Under the pieces are notes generated by a model that had not been told where the DNA came from, ran no database searches, and saw only the letters and a program-made list of their open reading frames with translations. Shown piece by piece: positions 13,501-26,300 of a DNA stretch of 64,000 nucleotides. A program made the position numbers and the translations under genes. Every line of letters begins with the position of its first letter. Positions within the stretch are counted from its first letter, which is position 1. Source of the DNA: Pocillopora damicornis (taxonomy: Eukaryota); contig NW_020845863.1 of assembly GCF_003704095.1 (NCBI RefSeq), forward strand, positions 310,001-374,000, read 5' to 3'.

Positions 13501-16500
13501 GATATACAATACTTATTTCATTTCAGGTGTGATTCATAAAGTGAGTGATTTGAAATAAGTTGCTTTTAACCCAGTTAAAACTTTTAAAGCCAGGATGAAA
13601 AAAACAGCAAACTTAGCTAAATGTAATTTCAAGTCATGGAATTAAACCCAGGCCTAAGGAGAGGGAGACAAGCACTCCCACCCCTGCATCAATCTTTCTC
13701 CCTTGATAGAATTGCAAGGATAGGGATGAGAGGAAAGAAAGCAAGCAAGAAACTTGAGGGACATGATGTGCAGGGTAAGATGGTACCTCTCTTTACAGCT
13801 CACCACAGACAGAAAAAATGAGATGCCTCGACCAAAACCTTCCCTCTTTGGTTTGTTTACCTTTACGGAGTAGAACAACCCTTGTTTTCCTCTCTCCCAT
13901 TGACTGCTGCCCCCCTCCCCTCTTCCTTATTCAATTGCTGACCAATTTTAAAAATTTTGACACAGGGGTATACCATGGAAAGAATTTAAACACACTGGGA
14001 AATGACTGGTATACATGACAAAAGTAGACATATTACCATACCCTGATAGTCAGTATATTCCGGCATGGCTGGGTTAACTTGTGGGATGTCAGGTGGTCTG
14101 TTAGGTCCTGAACGGCCTCCCTGATTACTTATGGTAGCATAGTCTGCATAATACTGACCTCCTGCTGTTCGTCGTTGGTCAGGGGGATTCATGAAGCCAG
14201 AAGGATAGCCAGTAAAACCTAAAAAAGTTTCATAATTACCAGTATTTAAGAAGAGCAGCAAAAACTTGCCACAGCTTTAGTAAAGGGATACACATGCCAG
14301 GCATAAAGTTATTTGAAACACAGAACCAAAAAATAAGTGATGAGATGGAAGCTCAAGTCTAAGTGGTCAAAGCACACCCCTTGTGGAATATGAGGCAACT
14401 TTAAACCATGTTTCAAGATAATTTGACCCTCATAATATATTTTGCACATTTCTTCTTAGGATTTAAATTGTATGTATGTATGAAGAAAAATATAATCCAG
14501 ATTGCAAAGGGTGTAATTTTCCATCAAATGAAAGGGGTCATATCTTTCAATAACCTGATTTTGGACTTCAAACATGTCACAATAATAAAAGTTGTGGTAA
14601 AAGTAACAGTGCAGATTGATGGATCTTGCAGAGATGCAAAGAGTTAAGAAGAAATACTGGTAATCATGATTTCAAAGACTTTCAGTAAGCCACAGTGGTG
14701 AATGCTTCACTTGTGTCACTTCTTTGTTTCAAAACATTAGTTGATACACTGATTCAGGTTTTTCTAAACAAAGAAAGCCATCATATTCTACATGAACGCA
14801 CAATGTGCAAGCTTGTCCTTTGTTTTGAAACAATTCTCTGAATGTCAGCATTGTGAACCCTTAATAATTCTTCTTGCTGTTTGCCATATTATTCTTATGA
14901 TGTTGGATTGGAGAATTCTGTATTGGATCAACTAATAATCACCAAATTGTTTTTGGGTGCTTGATATAGTATGTATTTGGGCATAACTTGTTCTTGCCTT
15001 TCCCAAAATAATAGAGATCACAGTGTAGTTAGCTTCTCTTACCAAGCATTCCTGGATAGTTTCCCAAGTAACCACGTCCTTTGCCTCTTACTGGCCTGTT
15101 CTGTGCTGCAAATGCTGCAAATGCTGCAGCAGGACTGTACCCGCCTACATGCAATCAAAAGGGGAATAAATTCAGATGGAACCATAGCAAATGAATAGTT
15201 TCACAGCATATTGTGTAGCTCTAGAAAAGTAACCATGACTGTAAGCACAAGCCAATGATTGTGTCGTCCATCAGTCTTATTTTGACCACTTCCAATCTTT
15301 GACTGATTTCCTAGTTGGTGAAATTGTGACAACATTTGGATAAGTTTCTTAACACAGTATTTAAGCAGGGAAATAATTGCCTGGTTTCTATATGTCTTGA
15401 ATAGAAAACATATGTAACAGTGTGGGAGGTGAAGTTTATGGACTGACTAAGGGTGAATTACAAAGTACATAACATGAGAGGCAGAAGTTAAGTATAATCC
15501 ACTGTTCAACTTCTAACCCCTCTGTGTGTGAGAGGCTTCCTTCTGGCATACTTGTGGATCTTTTTTCCTCATCAACTAATAGTGCTTCCTGGTGATTGGA
15601 ACAACATGCCAAAGTCGTCTAGAATTTTATTTTGGTTCCCTGCTGCAGTTTCACTCCATCCCTAAATCTCTTTGGCTTGAACTTAGGTCATAGCTAATTT
15701 AAAATATTTTTTTACCTTGAAATGGGCCACCAAAGTTACCAAAACCAGGGCCAAAGCCTGATGGAGGAAAGCCTCGAAACCCAGGAGGGAAAGGATACAC
15801 TAAGAGCAAAGTGGAAGTAGTGTTAGAACTTTTGAGTGTAGTTTGAGTGATGAGAACTCTCAAGCTGATTTGTTGACCCTCTATGCCCCAACATTAATAT
15901 GCATATTCTCCATATTTTTGTCTATACATTTCCCAAGCTGCTAACACAGAAAATCTGGTTAACAATAAAGAGCTTCTTCAGTTGGTGATCATTTCCTTTG
16001 TTCTTGTGACCATAATGCATGATTCAGAGGTGACATAAAGAGAAATTTCCGGGGTATTACAAAAGTTCATGTGAAGTATAGGTGGACATAACAAATTTTA
16101 ATGCCATGAATGTCAACAACTGTGCTGGTAAACCTTACTGTGGTGCAGCAGTGAGACTGTAACTCTGTCAAATGTGACCGTAACTCTACCACATGATCAT
16201 ACATTTACAGTTGCCAGGAGATTGCATGAAATGTTAGTTATGTGGCCAAATAACAAAGAAGTTCTGTACTTACAGAACCCTCGTCCAGCCAAGGCCCTAC
16301 CAGCCCTACCACGCCCACCTTGCAAACTTTGCATCACTTCTCGAGGTTGTGCTTTCTTAACTTCAGTCTGCAAAATAAAGGGCACCATGTGGATTAATTA
16401 TAAAGGACTGGAATACAGATTATCATCTCCATTGTATCATTCTCACTTGCCGCAGTTTTTATTAATCACTAGTAAATGATGAAAATTGGCATCACCAATA

Positions 16501-19500
16501 AGGGGATAAAACTTAAGAAACATGCCGGTTGTTTGAAGACATAGAAACTTTACTGCAGGGACAATCTGTTTCCACAAAAAACAGCAAAATGCAGAAAAAC
16601 CAAACAAAAAAATGCATTGAGAGGAAGCTGAGCAACCCATTAACAACCCATTCTTAAAGGAAAAATATTGTGAGAGGTTTTGTCTGTGGTTTATATATTC
16701 ATAGGAGATTTGAACACAAAGAATATTTGCCACTTGATAACTCCTGCCCATATTTATTACTGTGGGATATTTGCTTACTGTATGTCACTGCGGTAGTGGT
16801 ATGTAGTTGTACCTCCTGAAATGTAATCAGACTGGAGAAAAAAAAAGCTCACCAGTTTGTCAAGCGAATGTTTATGAAAATGTCTATCTAGAGGGATCAT
16901 TTTGAGAGTGTACAATTTATGGGTAACTATCTATCAGCAAATACATGTATTAGCAGCTTAGAATACCTTCTTGTCATTGATCAGGTGGAACTGTTCCTCA
17001 CAAGCACTCTCAGCTGCATCTTCAGTTTCAAATGTTACAAAACCAAATCCTTAAAAATGTCGATAAGAAAACATTCTCATTGCAATGTGAACATGGAAAG
17101 AACTGCAAAAGCTTTACCCTCAAATTTAGGGTTTAAATCTTAGCTGTATGATATAGACAAAAGCCAACTAATGATGCACTGATAACTATCTTATAAACAA
17201 ATTTTTCAGTTTGAATGGAGTTGAAAATTGTTTGGAAACTCAGGGATTTGGTGGAAGGCAATTTTGTTCTTCTTAAACAAGAAAGGCTGGAGCAGTGGGG
17301 GGAGGTTACACATGGACATTCTCCTGTGGACATTTTTAGAACCACAAATTGTTATCCAGTGTCCATATTTTGTAGGGTATGTGATTAATATTTGGTCTAC
17401 TGTCTCATTACAGAACCCAACTTGGATTATACAAATTTTTGATTATCCAAACTCACTTCTCTGATCTCATTTTTTCATGAATATTGATTTGTCACATTTG
17501 AGATTCATAACAACTTTTATCCATCAAACAAAGCAGAATGATGCTCTGAGATAATGTGGATGCTATGCCATTGATGCAGCTTTAAAGAATGATAAAATTG
17601 GCACATGCACTGTAGCAGCTTGGAACACACTAATTTACGGTAGTATTTTAGGTAGTAAAACGTTTTTAAAAGTTTTTGTGGATGCCTTGGCATAATTTGG
17701 CAATGAAGAATGTACTTTAATACTTAGGTAATATTAATTAGATAAGATGTATCAAGTTTTATTTTGTGGCTCATTAATTTTCATATTTTGACTATCCTGA
17801 CTCTGGATTATGCTGACTTTTCAGACTATTCCCCACAGGTCTGCATAGTCAGGGTTTAAATGTAGTTATTAATTACTAAAAGGGGGTAGGCTTCTAAAGA
17901 AACTGTGGTACTGTGCTGGTGGGGAAGTATAACAGGGTAATTTTGTATTATCAACTAAGTTGATGTAAATTGGCCACCATAAAGAGTTTAAAAGCAGACA
18001 TTTCAAGCATCAACCCTTCATCAGAAAGAGTATTTATTATCCATCTGAGTCTGGCCATTTTTGACCAACAAAATGTATTACCAGACGGAATGTTTAAAAA
18101 ACAACAAAATGAAATCTTAAACTTTAACCAGATGAAACCGCAGTACTCAAATCTTTCACTAAGCTGTCTGTATAGTGCATTTTTCATGTAACTAAAGCTT
18201 GATCCTAATTTTGGAGTGGACATGTGCTTAATAAAGGCATCTGGTGAATGCAGGTTAGTTAAATGTTAGATGTGAGAGGAATAATATGAGTTGTATGCTG
18301 AGGTGTGCCTCATTCAGGGTGTGTGCTAATTTCCTTCTGCTGTGAGGAAGAAGTTTCTAAACAATTGAGACCAGGTTTGAAAATGGAAAGAATAAATGAT
18401 CACAAAATCACAAATTACATTTTTTAAATATTTCCTTACTACAAATTTGACCTTGGGAAAGTCAGAGAAGAGTGGGTGCGGTCAAATATTTGGACTGATT
18501 CGACGGATTAGATGCTATGAAGAAAACAGTAATTATTCCTAATGTTATTATTCTTTACTTTAAAATGGATTGCTTGGCGCAAGAAGAAAAAAGAAGGAAG
18601 TCTGAACTTGACTTGAAGAAATCAGTATTCTTGAAGTTATTTTAAGCAGGCAACTTCACAATCTGTTATTTTTGGATTGGTCTGATTTTTAACCAGGCTT
18701 TGTGAACCATGGGTCTGGCAAGCACAGGTTTATTTTATGGTTGATGCAAGGGAGAAAATTTGGACAGTACGCTCTTGTGTGATTAATTAAGAGTGTTTGT
18801 TTTTTTTTCCCACAATTCTGCTGTGAGGAAATTGTGCTTAAAAATTGGTATAAGTTGGAGTGAATTATGTATAAATGATCACATTAAAAACACCATTTTC
18901 AGAAATTTCCTGACCTAAAAATTTTTTTTACTTGGAAATATTAGAGTGATGTGGGCATATTCAAATATTTGGATAGACTGGATGGATTAGAGCATATTTG
19001 GAAAACAATAAATAGTTTCTAATGTTGTCTTATATTGACTTTTAAATAAACTGCACCCTCCAGGATGGAAAAGAAAATTTAAAGGTAATAAAAGTAGCTA
19101 GCATTTCCAACCTGTTATTTATAGCAACCAGTTTCATTCCCTTACTTTTGTATTGGTTTGATTTGAAACAGATATTGTGAAATGCAGATCTTTTTGATAA
19201 CTTGCAAATCCTGCTCACTTCTTTGTGTGGTGTTGATAATGGTATTAATTAATAGTAAATGTACACACTAATGGTCATAAAAGAGGGCATATTTCACTGG
19301 AATTTCCTTTTTTAGATTTTCTGACAATAAAGATTGATTGAAGTTACCTCTATGTCTGTGTGTGACTTTATCAAACATAAGCTTGGATTCTGCTACCTAG
19401 AGATTAAAAGGAGATAACTGTAAGTTACTAATAATTTTGCCACAAATTGTTGAGATTTTTGTGTCTTATAGGTTAGTTAACACTCTACATAAGCCAAACA

Positions 19501-22500
19501 TATGAGAAGATATGGCCATAGACAATATTGTGTCCCTTTGTTGTCGCACTTGCCAAACATATGAGAAGATATGGCCATGGACAATATTGTGTCCCTTTGT
19601 TGTCGCTCTCATGCTTTGTTCAAGTTCCTGTCTACTACTGAAAAAGATGTTCATGCTATTAATAAGCATGAAAAGGGAAACCAAAAGAAAGGCAAATAAA
19701 AAGCAGCCATCTAGGAAACTAAGATGTGATGGAAATACTATTGGTTTATCAAGGGTGCACAATAATTTTAGGGATAAACATATGAGCCCATGTGTTGTTG
19801 TGCAATGTGAGTTTTTTCAATTACTTTAACCTTTTTAGCATTTTATCCCAAATTGTTTTCTTCTTCTTCTTTTCTACAAAATTTACATGCACAATACAAA
19901 ACTACTATTTTCTCTAAAGCCTGTTAATATCACAAGTCATATATGATTGCAGAATCCCAAGTCAAAGATACTTATTCTCATACAATTTTCCCCAAAGTGT
20001 CACCAAGGACAGACAATTGTAGAGGATAACAGAAAATAGTAATGTTCACATCACAAAGAATATCAAACACATTTTTCTTCAGTAGACCTGGCAATTGTCA
20101 TGGTGCCATTGTACAAGAAATTGAAGGAAGTTATCAAATTCGTTGTTTTAATAAGAAAAAAGGTGTTGAAAAATTCTCAAAATCTTGAGAATTTGTCTAA
20201 AATCTTTTTTCAACTATGGTTCCCATTACAATGTAAATTGATTTGAAACAAAATTAAAAGTAAGTGCTTAATGGTAAACTAGAGATTGATATGCAACTCA
20301 CCTCTCCATATTGTTTAAAAAAATTAGTCAAGTCTTCTTCAGTGGTAGAAGCAGACACACCACCTACAAATATCTTCTTTGTTTTTGTTACCAGCTGAAA
20401 ATCAGAAATATCATAATAACTGCTCTAGGCAAGATGTGGCAACAACTTACTAAATAGACTAGTAACACAATTTAGTGACTAGAGAAGTAGTGTTATGTAG
20501 CAGTATTTTGTTAAACTTTTCATTGAAAGTCCTGCTTTCAACAACATTATGTGGTGGCAGTCACAGATCACCTGTCAACTCATAGGTCATGCAGATAGTA
20601 AGGAAAAAATATGTACTTTTGCCCTCAAATATTGGATTCAAATCACCAAAGACCCTTTTTCATAACTTTGCTATGACTTCCTTTATTCATTATTTTGCTT
20701 ACAAAATTAATTATGATAACCTCCCCTCTCCAGCTTTTGCCTCAATGCTAGTTCTAGTTATCATTTGCTGTGCTTGCTGTACTTGCTGAGTTTACCTTAG
20801 TATTAGTTAATTAACTTTAAACTTGCAACTGCATGGTAACTGTATCTTTTAGTTTAATGTGACTCATACACATCAGCATCCTTTTCAGATCACTCTAACT
20901 GACTAACCATATTTACCACAAATTACATTTTTCAGTCTTGGAATGGTTGGAGCATGCAGTCAGACAAGTTGTTACTACCAGCAACTGTGTCACAGAAGTT
21001 TATTCTGAATTGAATTCTTGTGGCTGGTTCTCTCCCATAAAATGAAAAACTGAACAAATAACATGGAGTATGTGACATGTGCTGAAAAAGGCTTAATCGA
21101 AGGTATGATTTCTTGCATTTTTATGTAAAGTTCATCATTTGATAACTTAAAAATTGCCCCCGAATAGAATGGCAAGTAAAGGTTATTTTCTGAAATAATT
21201 CAGCTTTGCTTGTACATACAAAGCTACTGCCAGCCAGAGTGGGAGTAGTTCTCAAGCCACTTAAATCTGTTTCTTCCCCCCCCCCCCAGTGGGTTAACAA
21301 GTTAAAAAAATGCACAAATCAAGTTGTTTTTTTTTTCATCTTGACACAAGTGTGAACCAAAGAAAAAGTTATGAGTTCTCATGTGGAGTCTGTACTCTAC
21401 AAACCTTTGGATTTCGCGCTTCAATGCTCTACCTGAACTACAGAGACTTGATGATATGTTAGGCTAGTAATATGTTGACAATCTTAGAAAAAATTAGTAT
21501 TTGGTGGTGATAGATTTTTGCTTTGCAAACTAAAAATTTTGTATTTGTTACCCATCAATAAAAATGGGACAATCATAATTAAAGCTGTGTTGGAAAAAGT
21601 TGAACACAGCTGTGCTGGTCAGCATATTGGTTGATATAACATTCAGTTATAATCAATATGTCAGGTAGTCAACTGACAGTGGACCAATGGGCACCAATGT
21701 CTTAGTTGAGATGTCTACTGGCTAGAGATATTGGTCAGCTTGCTGTCAAGTATCAGCTGTTCATTGGTCAATTATGTGCTGGCTATTTTCTGATTATGAA
21801 CTATCCACATATCGGGGTGATATACAGCTGGACTATCAAACAATATGCTAATTGATTTTATCAATAAATGCTAGACTTCACTAACCAAAATACATGATCT
21901 AGATAGTGAAGAGGTTTCAACACTGGCTCTCTTCATTACTTCTTGAATATCACTTTGTTTTCTAATGAGACAAATGGCTTTACATTTTTTTTGTGAAACA
22001 ATGACAATGTGTGGAAAAGGGAACTGAGGAAGAAGAGAAATTTTGTGAGCATGTGCACAGAAGTTGATTTTTTCATGATATTGTTTGTTAGACTATTAGT
22101 GTTACTGAAAGGCCAATTCAAAACCAGGTCATATCTTATCAATTGTTTCCTGTTTGTAAAGCAGGTTTGTAGTGAAAATAGTAATAAGTCTACTAGAGAG
22201 CTCATCAAAGGAAGAAAACATTTCAAAAAGAGAAAATACACTTGTTTTACTTTCTAGCTTAGAAATGTTCTCCAGACATCAACAGCATATATCCCCATTC
22301 AGTACATAACTGATTTGCTCATTGTCATTAGCAAATCTTGCTTTTGAAATAAATAGCTTAGCTAATATTTCAACGCAACAATAGGTTGTTATAAATTCCT
22401 TCTACCCGAGGGTCAAAGTTCAGCTAGATGAGGCTTGTTTTTCTTTGGAATAGAATTCAAATAGAAAAACAAGGTACATATATAATAATGACATCATTGT

Positions 22501-25500
22501 GAATATTAAATAATCTGAAATGAAAAAAGGAGTGGTATCAAAAGTAGCATATTATATGACTCATAGAAAATAAATTTCACAAAGATAGTGCAATCCTATA
22601 CTTTCCTTGTGTTTGGTGTTTACTGTACACAATGTCAATCAGACAGTGGTGTGATTTCAGAGAATTATTGAAATTCAAGATGTTGAAACAATGTGATATG
22701 CATCTAGCTTTTTATAGAGATGATCTGTTTTCTTGTATCTGCATATAAATTAGCTCAAGGCTATGCTCCACAGCAGGCAAGCCAAATGCACTTGTACTTA
22801 TCAAATCCACAAAATTGGTGCTATGCTACTTTTTACTGTTGTATTTTACTGTTATGCCTTTGTTTGGCTATTAAAAGGGAACCACTTACAGTCTGAGCAA
22901 GCTTATTACTGAATAAGCTTTGGTGGAATAAAACTCAAATTACAATCTTGTGTCTCCTTAAGGTGAAACACTTTCCTCTGACTCAGTTTGTTTTAGCAGC
23001 TATTCACAAATCATTTATTTAGGTGAAAAGCAGAGTTAAAGAACTGGACAATTGGTGTAGAACAGTGGTCTGCACAGAGCAGTTAAAGATGGTTCAATAA
23101 TATTGCATCATCTGTTTATTTAAGGTTCGCTAATTATGATAAGAGCAAGAAAGGAAAAACGCTGTATTTATGGAAATCAATTGATCCAAAAATTGTCATG
23201 TGAAACGGTATTTCAAGAAGAGTTCATAAAAACTTGAGCAATTAGAGTTGGGATTAAACCATGCACCTCCATAACACTACTTTGAATATTCATCACACAA
23301 CTTGCTTAACACACCGATAAAAAGCATTTTGGGGGGAAGATAGGCAGGGATCCACTTGTTAATGGATTTTATCAAGTCACACAACATACAAGAGAACGTT
23401 TATCCGCTTCCCAAATCGAACTTTACTCGATGCCTACATTGTATCTTTCACAAGCAGGAAGTTTTGAATAGGTCTCTCAGGAAGCAATAATTTAAATGTA
23501 TTTACTTTCGCATCAAATAGGTGTGAAGGACTTTCAGAGACACGAGAAAAGCATTCAATGGCCAAATTTGTGTCTTGAAGAAGGTATTCTTCAGAAGAAA
23601 TTGAGATAAATTGGTGGTAGTGTTGTCGTCAAGGATGCGCGTCGATTTACTAGGCTTGTGTGACACCACCGTTCTGGGAGTCACAAAATGACTAATGAGC
23701 GGATGCGAGAGCAATATTATTTAAACTTACGATATTAAAATGAAACCTGAATTGCACTGCGTCCGTAACGTAAAACAAAACAACTATTTGAGACAATATC
23801 GCATTTTTTTTTTTCTGAAAAGAATAAATAGCCGACGACATCGATTCATGGACGTTCGGGTGGCAACGCTTGTCGGGGAAGTATTTTCTTTAGAATTACC
23901 ATCTTGTACCTGCGTTCAAGGTGCTGAAGACATGGCAGCTCAAGCGTGTATGTAGCAAGCAATAATTTATAAGCTCCTTTTGTGGCTCCGCACCTAAGTC
24001 TGACTTGCGTTGAACCCGACACAAACACTGGCGAATAACAAAGTCTCGGGTAGCCGCACTCTCACGAAAATATGTTTGTTTAACATCGGATAAATTGTAA
24101 AACCGGTCCTCTCCAAGTTGACATGCTAAACTACTCTGTTAAACGCAATAAAACATGTGCGACTGAACCTGCACTATTCACCTGAAGTGTCGCTCAACTG
24201 ATCTACTTGGAAAGGGTGGCAAAACACGGTACGCAAACCGAATCACTGCTCTACTAGTAGCTTCCTTTGTTGTCTTTATTGAAATGGACTTTGAGAACCT
24301 GTAATTATTCAATTTTACAGAAAACAAACTAGAAAAAAGATATAGTCTGTAACACACAACGAGTCGCTGCGGCAAAGTAATGGCTCGGGAAAACCCCCAA
24401 AATATCGCGTGTTTGTTAGAATATAAACTCGGCTCTCGACCGCTCTGCCCGCCGTAGGAGGTGAGCGGCTTCTTCAGGCCCTAGCACTCACTCGCTCAAT
24501 TTATTTTGGAGTGGGCGTACTGACGATACAAACAATTTAGAATGGCATTTTCACTTAAGATGGGGTCCGATCCGTTATCCTGATACAAAACTGGAGAAAC
24601 AGATTCGCATCTTAACACGGAACTAAAGCGTTTGGCGACCAATGAAACTGCCCTTCTCGTTTACAAGCTGGCTTCCGAACGTTATATTTCCGTTTAGGGC
24701 GGCCTTGAAAAGACTAACGCTTTGCAAATTACGCTCAAAATACTAGCTTAACAGCATGAAACCATGAGGAATTACAATTCTTAGAAGGACAGTTTGATAA
24801 AAAAAATTCACAAGTATAAATGGAAAGCCACTGCCATGCTGTTGTCAAGCAAACAATTCGAAGTCCTGATCTTTTGATCGAGCTATATGCATCACACGAT
24901 ATTTAAACACCCTTCCACGCTAAATTTAACGCACTTAACAGTAACAAGTCTTACCTTCGGTTGAGGTCTTTTGGGCACAGCGACTTTCGGATCGATCTGC
25001 ATTAGCGTTAAACATATGTACAAGGTGTTAGCGTAGATGTGGTTAAGCTCGCTAAAGTTGAAGCTCAGAGTACATCTTAACATTACAATGGCTTCGTCGT
25101 GTGAATTTAATTTCCCCAGGCACGAACATCACTTAAAGCGAAAATGCACCCCCTTTTCGGCTAAAATACGGCAAATTGAAAATAAAGGCTTTGCAAGTAA
25201 GCGTTGGAAGTTTAATTCATTGAAAGAGTTTATTTCAAGCTTTAGGTACCTTGATCGTATTAAAATACGGACACGCCAGACGTTTGCAGATGGAGCGTGA
25301 AAATTAGTCTTGAACGAATCCATCTCTATGGCGCGCGCAAAAAAATAATCACAAAATTTTCCGTACAAACCTTCTTGTGGTCAAGATCGTGTGGGCATGC
25401 TTTCAACACCGCATCTACAGCGGTTGGATCCTCAAAAGTAACAAACCCAAACCCCCTGGAATATGGATACAAAAACAGAATTTAAGCCACCATCATTATG

Positions 25501-26134
25501 TTGCATATTGCATATTCTTCAGACATGCCATTTACAATACAAAGCTCATCGCGCAACGGTGTCTAAGGTGGAAGCAAGGTCGGTGTTTCCTACACCAGCC
25601 TCTGGCTTTTACCTCGATTGTTTTGTGTTAGGATCCCTCATCACTAAGCACTCCTTTAGATCTCCAAACTTGCTAAAGTATTCCTGCAGACCCTCTGAAA
25701 CAGACGACAAAAACGGACCGTTACGGAACCGTGAACTTAACCACAACCGATTGTTCCAAACGTGACTCATCTCAGCTCATTTTGTCGGCGTAGGAAAACC
25801 AACTCCACGGCCCTTTTATTGCGGAAGAAAACGATTTACGACTGCAACAATATCCAAACTTATACAAGGATCAACAAAATTCCCAACCTGCCGTTGTTTC
25901 CCAACTCAGGCCTCCGACGAACATCTTCCTGTTGGAGAGGAGAAGAACGGACGACATAAGAAATTTATGCTTACAACAAAATTTGCTACCAGCTAAGTCA
26001 CACCATCATTTCGTGCTAATAAAACACGAAGCCGGCTGGCAGAAATTCGGCTGGCGGAAGCGAGCAACTTACCCAGGATCGTTCGGGAGGTCGACTTTGG
26101 AGGCACCAGAGGTCTGTGGACTATCCGCCTCCAT
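10502..26134 (-). CDS. MSI: Musashi RNA-binding protein (2 RRMs plus low-complexity C-terminus), about 403 aa
   Basis: Coding exons 26073-26134, 25888-25928, 25613-25694, 25371-25455, 24955-24996, 20302-20394, 19348-19396, 16967-17049, 16274-16367, 15716-15799, 15043-15144, 14042-14218, 12916-13115, 10502-10519. Total 1212 nt, all GT-AG, frame closes on TAA. Motifs: DPGKMFVGGLSWETT, MRDPNTKQSRGFGFVTF, IDPKVAVP, KKIFVGG, LMFDKVTHRHRGFGFVTF, EVKKAQPREVM, SPGP, SPQP. Confidence 0.96.
11147..11661. mobile_element. Tc1/mariner (pogo)-type MITE nested in another short TIR element (about 11101-11849)
   Basis: TIRs CCGTATTTCTTCACC / GGTGAAGAAATACGG flanked by TA. The host element has ends GTATTTACCAC...GTGGTATATAC. 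Confidence 0.75.
15873..16048. mobile_element. Degenerate copy (reverse orientation) of the TTAA-flanked MITE family at 36150
   Basis: Shares TATGCATATTCTCCATA...CTATACATTTCC...GTGACC...TGATTCAG with the reverse complement of 36150-36356. Confidence 0.6.
17875..18027 (-). repeat. Hammerhead-bearing interspersed repeat, CpG-decayed copy
   Basis: Homologous to 32575-32727 and 55062-55160. Core CTGATGA-AGGGTTGATGCTT-GAAATGTC. Confidence 0.75.
18335..19190. repeat. Old tandem duplication (offset about 481 bp) in Musashi intron 7
   Basis: Colinear shared blocks TTCTGCTGTGAGGAA, ATAAATGATCACA, TCAAATATTTGGA, GGATTAGA, CTAATGTT. Confidence 0.7.
19493..19610. repeat. 59-bp tandem duplication
   Basis: GCCAAACATATGAGAAGATATGGCCATRGACAATATTGTGTCCCTTTGTTGTCGC occurs twice. 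Confidence 0.9.
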
Positions 26135-26159
26135 TTTTCCTACAACTACAACTAAACAA

Positions 26160-26300
26160 GAGATAGACTAACGAATGCCGACACGTGGATATTATATTCG
26201 GATTGGTTCGTGATGGGTGGTAATTTGGCGCCATTTGGAACTGGCACCTATGCTCTTGATTGATTGTGAGCTGTGGGCTTCTGTGATTGGTCCACGAAAG
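26160..26300 (-). promoter_or_regulatory. Musashi proximal promoter / 5' UTR region
   Basis: CpG-rich. CCAAT boxes on the minus strand at 26202-26206 and 26286-26290; E-box CACGTG at 26182-26187. Confidence 0.4.

Noticed and set aside
19466-19829. Overlapping ORFs as extra Musashi exons
   Set aside because: They arise from the 59-bp tandem duplication. RRM2 is complete without them.
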